From Fervidibacillus albus (GTDB lineage: Bacteria; Bacillota; Bacilli; Bacillales; Caldibacillaceae): a stretch of 32,000 bases of DNA. Both the position numbers and the translations under genes were made by a program. The first letter of the stretch is position 1; each line of letters opens with the position of its first letter. Below the pieces are notes generated by a model. It searched no databases, was not told the origin of the DNA, and saw only the letters and a program-made list of their open reading frames with translations. This document shows positions 27,545 through 32,000 of this stretch, in pieces. The stretch lies in contig NZ_CP106878.1 of NCBI RefSeq assembly GCF_026547225.1, positions 1-32,000 on the forward strand, read 5' to 3'.

Positions 27545-27880
27545 ATGGTTGATATGGAATTGAGCGAGCAGTCGGGGGTTTTGGGTGATACGTGTAGCAA
27601 TCGAAAAAGCCATCATTCAGAGGCAACGAAAAAAAACTTGATTAACCGTCTAAACCGAATCGAAGGTCAAATTCGTGGAGTAAAAGGGTTGATTGAAAAG
27701 GACACATATTGCGATGATGTCTTAAACCAAATTGCATCCATTCAATCCGCATTAAACGGGGTTTCGAAAATTCTCCTTGAAGGCCATTTGAAAACATGTG
27801 TTGTCGAACGGATTCAAGATGGAGATATGGACGTATTGGATGAGTTTCTCGGAACGATCCAGCGAGTGATGAAAAAATAA
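27545..27880 (+). CDS. csoR: copper-sensing transcriptional repressor CsoR
   Basis: 111 aa. NRLNRIEGQIRGVKGLIEKDTYCDDVLNQI...EGHLKTCV carries the C-H-C Cu(I) ligand pattern of CsoR. RBS AAGGGGGAA. Confidence 0.93.
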   Translation: MVDMELSEQSGVLGDTCSNRKSHHSEATKKNLINRLNRIEGQIRGVKGLIEKDTYCDDVLNQIASIQSALNGVSKILLEGHLKTCVVERIQDGDMDVLDEFLGTIQRVMKK

Positions 27881-28061
27881 AATTGGACAAAACGGATTTC
27901 CCTTCGCTTTTTCAAGAAAGTTTTGAGGCGGATTAATAAAGGAAAAACCCAAGCCATTGGACACTTTAATAAAAAAGGAGATTGAAGGGGAGACGTTCAT
28001 TTCACCGGATATTCAGTACAAAAATCAACTTATGATTAAAAATTAGAAAGGAGAAAGATCA

Positions 28062-28265
28062 ATGGAAAAAGTAACGTTAGAAGTACAAGGAATGTCTTGT
28101 CAACATTGTGTAAAGGCAGTGGAAGGAAGTGTGGGCGCATTAAACGGTGTCGCAAACGTCGTCGTTCACCTTCAAGAAGGAAAGGTCGATGTGGAATTCA
28201 ACCCAGGAGTCGTATCTTTAGAAGCAATCAAAGAAACAATCGAAGACGAAGGATATGAAGTGTAA
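28062..28265 (+). CDS. copZ: copper chaperone CopZ
   Basis: 67-aa HMA domain with the GMSCQHC metal-binding motif. RBS AAAGGAGAAAG. Confidence 0.95.
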   Translation: MEKVTLEVQGMSCQHCVKAVEGSVGALNGVANVVVHLQEGKVDVEFNPGVVSLEAIKETIEDEGYEV

Positions 28266-28279
28266 TTCGACTAACCAAA

Positions 28280-28578
28280 GTGGGTCGAGGGTGGGTCGAG
28301 GGGACAGGAACCTTGACCCAGAACGAGCGAAAGTGTGCCAAGGGGACAGGAACTTTGAACCAGGATGAGCGAAAGTGTGCCAGGCCAAGGGGACAGGAAC
28401 CTTGACCCAGAACGAGCGAAAGTGTGCCAAGGGGACAGGAACCTTGACCCAGGATGAGCGAAAGTGGGCCAAGGGGACAGGAACCTTGACCCAGGATGAG
28501 CGAAAGTGGGCCAAGGGGACAGGAACCTTGACCCAGAATGAGCGAAAGTGGGCCAAAAGAACCGGAACCACGACCCAC
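28280..28578 (+). repeat. cluster E: 7 tandem copies (period 42 bp, one 47 bp) of the GC-rich palindromic unit plus the conserved linker RRAYGAGCGAAA
   Basis: Units at 28291-28320, 28333-28362, 28375-28409, 28422-28451, 28464-28493, 28506-28535 and 28548-28578, with a half-copy at 28280-28290. The array occupies almost the whole 337-bp copZ-copA spacer. Confidence 0.95.
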
Positions 28579-28602
28579 TTCGGCGAGATAGAGGTGTGAA
28601 CT

Positions 28603-31029
28603 ATGGCAACGAATAAAAAAGAAGTCACTTTCCAAATTACCGGAATGACATGTGCGGCTTGTGCAAACCGGATTGAAAAAGGCTTAAAAAAAATCGATGG
28701 CGTCGAACAGGCGAATGTGAACTTGGCGTTGGAGAAGGCGAAAATTACATTCGATCCGGAAAAAACCGACCAAACGGCTTTCCAACAAAAAATTCGCGCT
28801 CTCGGCTACGATGTCGTCACTAATCGTGTAGAATTCGACATTACCGGAATGAGTTGTGCGGCCTGTGCGAACCGAATCGAAAAAAGCTTGAACAAAATGG
28901 ATGGAATTACCGAAGCTTCCGTCAACCTCGCTTTGGAAAACGCAACGGTACAATACAATCCACAACTCGTATCAACAGACGACATCATCGGTCGAATCGA
29001 AAAACTCGGCTACGGTGCATTGGATAAAGCGAATCAAAATGAGGAACAAGGAGATCTTCGAGAACGGGAAATCCGGAAACAATGGCGAAAATTTTTTATA
29101 TCTGCACTCCTTTCCTTCCCGTTATTATGGACGATGGTTGGCCATTTTTCTTTTACGTCCTTTTTATACGTACCTGAACTGTTCATGAATCCGTGGGTAC
29201 AATGGCTACTTGCCACACCGGTCCAGTTTCTGATTGGATGGCAATTTTACACGGGTGCTTATAAAGCGTTGAAAAATAAAAGTGCGAATATGGACGTTTT
29301 GGTCGCCATGGGAACGTCAGCCGCATATTTTTATAGTCTATTTTTAATTTTTCGCTCCCTTTTAGCAAATGAGTCTCCACCCGTCCTCTACTTTGAGACG
29401 AGTGCAGTGCTAATCACCCTTATTTTGCTAGGGAAATATTTCGAAGCGAAGGCGAAGGGGCGTTCATCGGAAGCAATTAAAAAATTGATGGGCTTAAAAC
29501 CGAAGACAGCAACGGTTATCCGAGACGATAAGGAACAAACCATCCCACTAGATGAAGTAATCGTCGGCGATGTGATTCAAATTCGTCCCGGTGAAAAAAT
29601 ACCAGTAGACGGTATCATTTTATCCGGGCAATCGGCGGTCGATGAATCAATGTTAACCGGAGAAAGCATTCCTGTCGATAAAAGAAAAGGGGATTTCGTA
29701 TTCGGTGCAACGATGAATCAAAACGGCTTTTTACAAATGAAAGCGACAAAGGTCGGAAAGGATACGGCCCTTGCCCAAATCATTCAAGTCGTGGAAGAAG
29801 CTCAAGGATCGAAGCCGCCTATTCAACGGTTAGCCGATCAAATCTCCGGTATCTTTGTTCCAGTAGTCATCACAATTAGCATCATCACATTTTTCATTTG
29901 GTATTTATGGTTAGAACCGGGGCAATTTGCTGAAGCATTGGAAAACATGATTGCCGTTTTAGTCATTGCGTGTCCGTGTGCGTTAGGATTGGCAACTCCA
30001 ACATCCATTATGGCCGGGTCAGGCAGGGCAGCGGAATTCGGCATATTATTTAAAAGCGGCGAACATTTAGAACAAACGCATAAAATTGATACGGTTGTTC
30101 TCGATAAAACGGGAACGGTCACAAACGGAAAACCGACGTTGACAAACGTGCACCTTGTAAATGGATGGGATGAAACACAAATTTTACAAATGATCGGTAC
30201 TGCTGAACGAAATTCTGAGCATCCGCTAGCTAAGGCGATTGTAGAAGGGATACGTGAAAGGGGAATTTCCTTTCTCGATTCTGAACGTTTTCAATCCATT
30301 CCCGGTTTCGGTATTGAGGCAATCGTGCGTGGCAAAAAGGTTCTTGTTGGAACGAGGCGACTAATGAGTGAAAACGGCATCGAATTTCAGGACGTATCGG
30401 TGAAAGTAGAGCAATTGGAAGAGGATGGAAAAACGGTCATGTATGTGGCGATTGATGGACAATTTGCAGGGCTCGTTGCCGTGGCAGATACGATCAAATC
30501 GACTTCTAAGCAGGCTGTAAAACGACTTCTTGATATGGGATTGGATGTTGTAATGATTACGGGAGACAATGAACGAACGGCCCGAGCAGTCGCAAAACAA
30601 GCGGGGATTCAAACGGTGATTGCAGAAGTACTTCCGGAAGATAAGGCGAAGGAAATTCGAAGCTTGCAACAAGAAGGAAAACGGGTGGCGATGGTCGGCG
30701 ATGGAATAAACGATGCCCCGGCCCTTGCAATGGCGGATATTGGGATTGCCATCGGTACAGGTACGGATGTGGCGATGGAAGCGGCAGATGTGACGTTGAT
30801 CCGCGGCGATTTAAACGGAATTGCCGATGCGATGTACATGAGTGGAAAAACGATTCAAAATATCCGGCAAAACTTGTTTTGGGCTTTTGCCTACAATTCG
30901 GTCGGTATTCCAATTGCGGCGATGGGCTTTTTAGCTCCGTGGCTCGCCGGTGCTGCAATGGCTTTCAGTTCTGTTACAGTCGTTCTGAACGCATTGCGGT
31001 TACAACGGGTGAAAATAAGTCACGGTTGA
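28603..31029 (+). CDS. copA: copper-translocating P1B-type ATPase CopA
   Basis: 808 aa. Two N-terminal HMA domains (GMTCAAC and GMSCAAC), the membrane CPC motif, the phosphorylation site DKTGT, and the hinge [17 protein letters not shown] lies 6 nt before the ATG. Confidence 0.98.
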   Translation: MATNKKEVTFQITGMTCAACANRIEKGLKKIDGVEQANVNLALEKAKITFDPEKTDQTAFQQKIRALGYDVVTNRVEFDITGMSCAACANRIEKSLNKMDGITEASVNLALENATVQYNPQLVSTDDIIGRIEKLGYGALDKANQNEEQGDLREREIRKQWRKFFISALLSFPLLWTMVGHFSFTSFLYVPELFMNPWVQWLLATPVQFLIGWQFYTGAYKALKNKSANMDVLVAMGTSAAYFYSLFLIFRSLLANESPPVLYFETSAVLITLILLGKYFEAKAKGRSSEAIKKLMGLKPKTATVIRDDKEQTIPLDEVIVGDVIQIRPGEKIPVDGIILSGQSAVDESMLTGESIPVDKRKGDFVFGATMNQNGFLQMKATKVGKDTALAQIIQVVEEAQGSKPPIQRLADQISGIFVPVVITISIITFFIWYLWLEPGQFAEALENMIAVLVIACPCALGLATPTSIMAGSGRAAEFGILFKSGEHLEQTHKIDTVVLDKTGTVTNGKPTLTNVHLVNGWDETQILQMIGTAERNSEHPLAKAIVEGIRERGISFLDSERFQSIPGFGIEAIVRGKKVLVGTRRLMSENGIEFQDVSVKVEQLEEDGKTVMYVAIDGQFAGLVAVADTIKSTSKQAVKRLLDMGLDVVMITGDNERTARAVAKQAGIQTVIAEVLPEDKAKEIRSLQQEGKRVAMVGDGINDAPALAMADIGIAIGTGTDVAMEAADVTLIRGDLNGIADAMYMSGKTIQNIRQNLFWAFAYNSVGIPIAAMGFLAPWLAGAAMAFSSVTVVLNALRLQRVKISHG

Positions 31030-31226
31030 AGATTGATAATAGAAGGATATTCGATTGGGAAAAGTGATATGAATTGTGTTATTAGGACGATCCAACATTT
31101 GTAAACAAAATTCGTATGACAAAGAGATTGCCAAACGCATCATTGACGAAGAAGCAGGTAAACGTAAGAAAACTAGCACTCCTTTTCCCTCGTTTTTTTA
31201 AAACCAAAAGGAAATTATATTAAAAT

Positions 31227-31278
31227 AATTGTCGTCGACCTCCAGTAGTGCAAAAAACCCGGGGGATCGACGACAATT
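31227..31278. repeat. perfect 12-bp inverted repeat with a 28-nt loop
   Basis: AATTGTCGTCGA (31227-31238) pairs with TCGACGACAATT (31267-31278). The loop contains AAAAAACCCGGGGGA. TGTGATTTTTT follows. Confidence 0.8.
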
Positions 31279-31336
31279 TGTGATTTTTTCACAAACTCTA
31301 TTTATCCTTGTTCTAACAACATTTTTCAATAACTAG

Positions 31337-31365
31337 TTGTCAAAAAAATGCCACTTTGTTATAAT
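31337..31365 (+). promoter_or_regulatory. candidate CRISPR leader promoter
   Basis: TTGTCA, 17 nt, TATAAT, with an extended -10 (TGtTATAAT). It lies about 55 nt upstream of the first repeat inside an AT-rich leader. Confidence 0.6.
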
Positions 31366-31418
31366 ATTTCTGAAAAATCGTACAACCAAAAAATGTTGAT
31401 TTACCAACATTTTTTAGG

Positions 31419-31788
31419 GTTTTGATCTTACCTATGAGGGATTGAAACTATAAATCTTCATTGCGTGTCTGTTATAATATTCATAACGTTTTGATCTTAC
31501 CTATGAGGGATTGAAACTCACCACCTCTTATCGTCAATTTTAATCTGTTCTTCGTTTTGATCTTACCTATGAGGGATTGAAACTGCGACGACATCTAGTT
31601 TGTCGCAGGTCGATGATAGTTTTGATCTTACCTATGAGGGATTGAAACACAAAAAAATTGCGCCCGATCACGCTCAATTGGACGAGTTTTGATCTTACCT
31701 TCCATTCCAGCCAATTGGCGTTGTTTTTTTGCTTTGTCTAGTAGATTATTTGCTTTAGTTTTTCTCCTACCTTTAAAGGGTTAGGAAC
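31419..31788 (+). CRISPR. small CRISPR array: 4 identical 30-bp repeats, 4 spacers, then a truncated and a degenerate terminal repeat
   Basis: The repeat GTTTTGATCTTACCTATGAGGGATTGAAAC occurs at 31419, 31488, 31554 and 31619. Spacers are 39, 36, 35 and 37 bp. The fifth repeat matches only over its first 15 nt (31686-31700). A degenerate repeat, GTTTTTCTCCTACCTTTAAAGGGTTAGGAAC, lies at 31758-31788. The ATTGAAAC 3' end is typical of type I/III repeats. Confidence 0.9.
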
Positions 31789-32000
31789 GTTTTTTCTTCG
31801 GAAGGACATCCACCTTGAGCATTGTTTTCTTTAACCTAATAAAAAGACGAAGTGAAACAGTAACGAATTATTCCTAATGTCACTGTATAATTTACTTCAA
31901 ACGTAGAAAAAGAACGAATCTAATAACCTCACATACTTTTAACTTCTAGAACTTCCTATCCATAAACAAAATTTTTCCATCACAACAGTTCAAAAACGAT

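Noticed and set aside
28280-28578. The copZ-copA array as a second CRISPR locus (regularly spaced 30-bp palindromic repeats)
   Set aside because: The intervening 12-nt segments are conserved (RRAYGAGCGAAA) rather than unique, and are far too short to be spacers. The same unit occurs singly and abutting elsewhere. It is unrelated to the true CRISPR repeat at 31419.
28218-28635. Minus-strand ORFs 28218..28628 and 28228..28635 and plus-strand ORF 28375..28599, encoding 14-aa tandem repeat peptides (HFRSSWVKVPVPLA, KGTGTLTQDERKWA)
   Set aside because: They are translations of the 42-bp tandem hairpin array, and 42 is divisible by 3, so frames stay open. They overlap the copZ end and the copA start and have no RBS. 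Equivalent open frames appear wherever the repeat family occurs.

Overview
Chromosomal segment of a Bacillaceae-type Firmicute (about 40% GC by eye). The core gene order matches B. subtilis: fliD-fliS-fliT-hpf, then secA-prfB-cccB-ftsE-ftsX, then ctpB-minJ-like. These are followed by a TIGR02206-type membrane protein, a csoR-copZ-copA copper-efflux operon and a small CRISPR array. Two blocks interrupt the B. subtilis-like order. Between hpf and secA lie a cytoplasmic YwrD-like gamma-glutamyltransferase, a split chromate-transporter pair and two AT-rich genes for unknown membrane-anchored proteins. Between ftsX and ctpB lie a coiled-coil M23 peptidoglycan hydrolase, an ABC-2 exporter, a secreted 5'-nucleotidase and yebC. 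I recognised no rRNA, tRNA, transposase or cas genes. The most unusual content is non-genic. (1) A family of ~31-bp GC-rich palindromic units, about 19 full copies in five clusters, each cluster starting 1-15 nt after a stop codon. It includes a 7 x 42-bp tandem array filling the copZ-copA spacer and a 3 x 41-bp array in the opposite, terminator-like orientation after cccB. (2) A strictly phased 21-bp tandem array of about 14 units, with a 42-bp higher-order period, between hpf and ggt. (3) A 4-spacer CRISPR array with a near-consensus leader promoter, a decayed distal end and no cas genes within the window. prfB carries the classical programmed +1 frameshift. All calls come from reading the sequence and ORF translations; no database search was possible.
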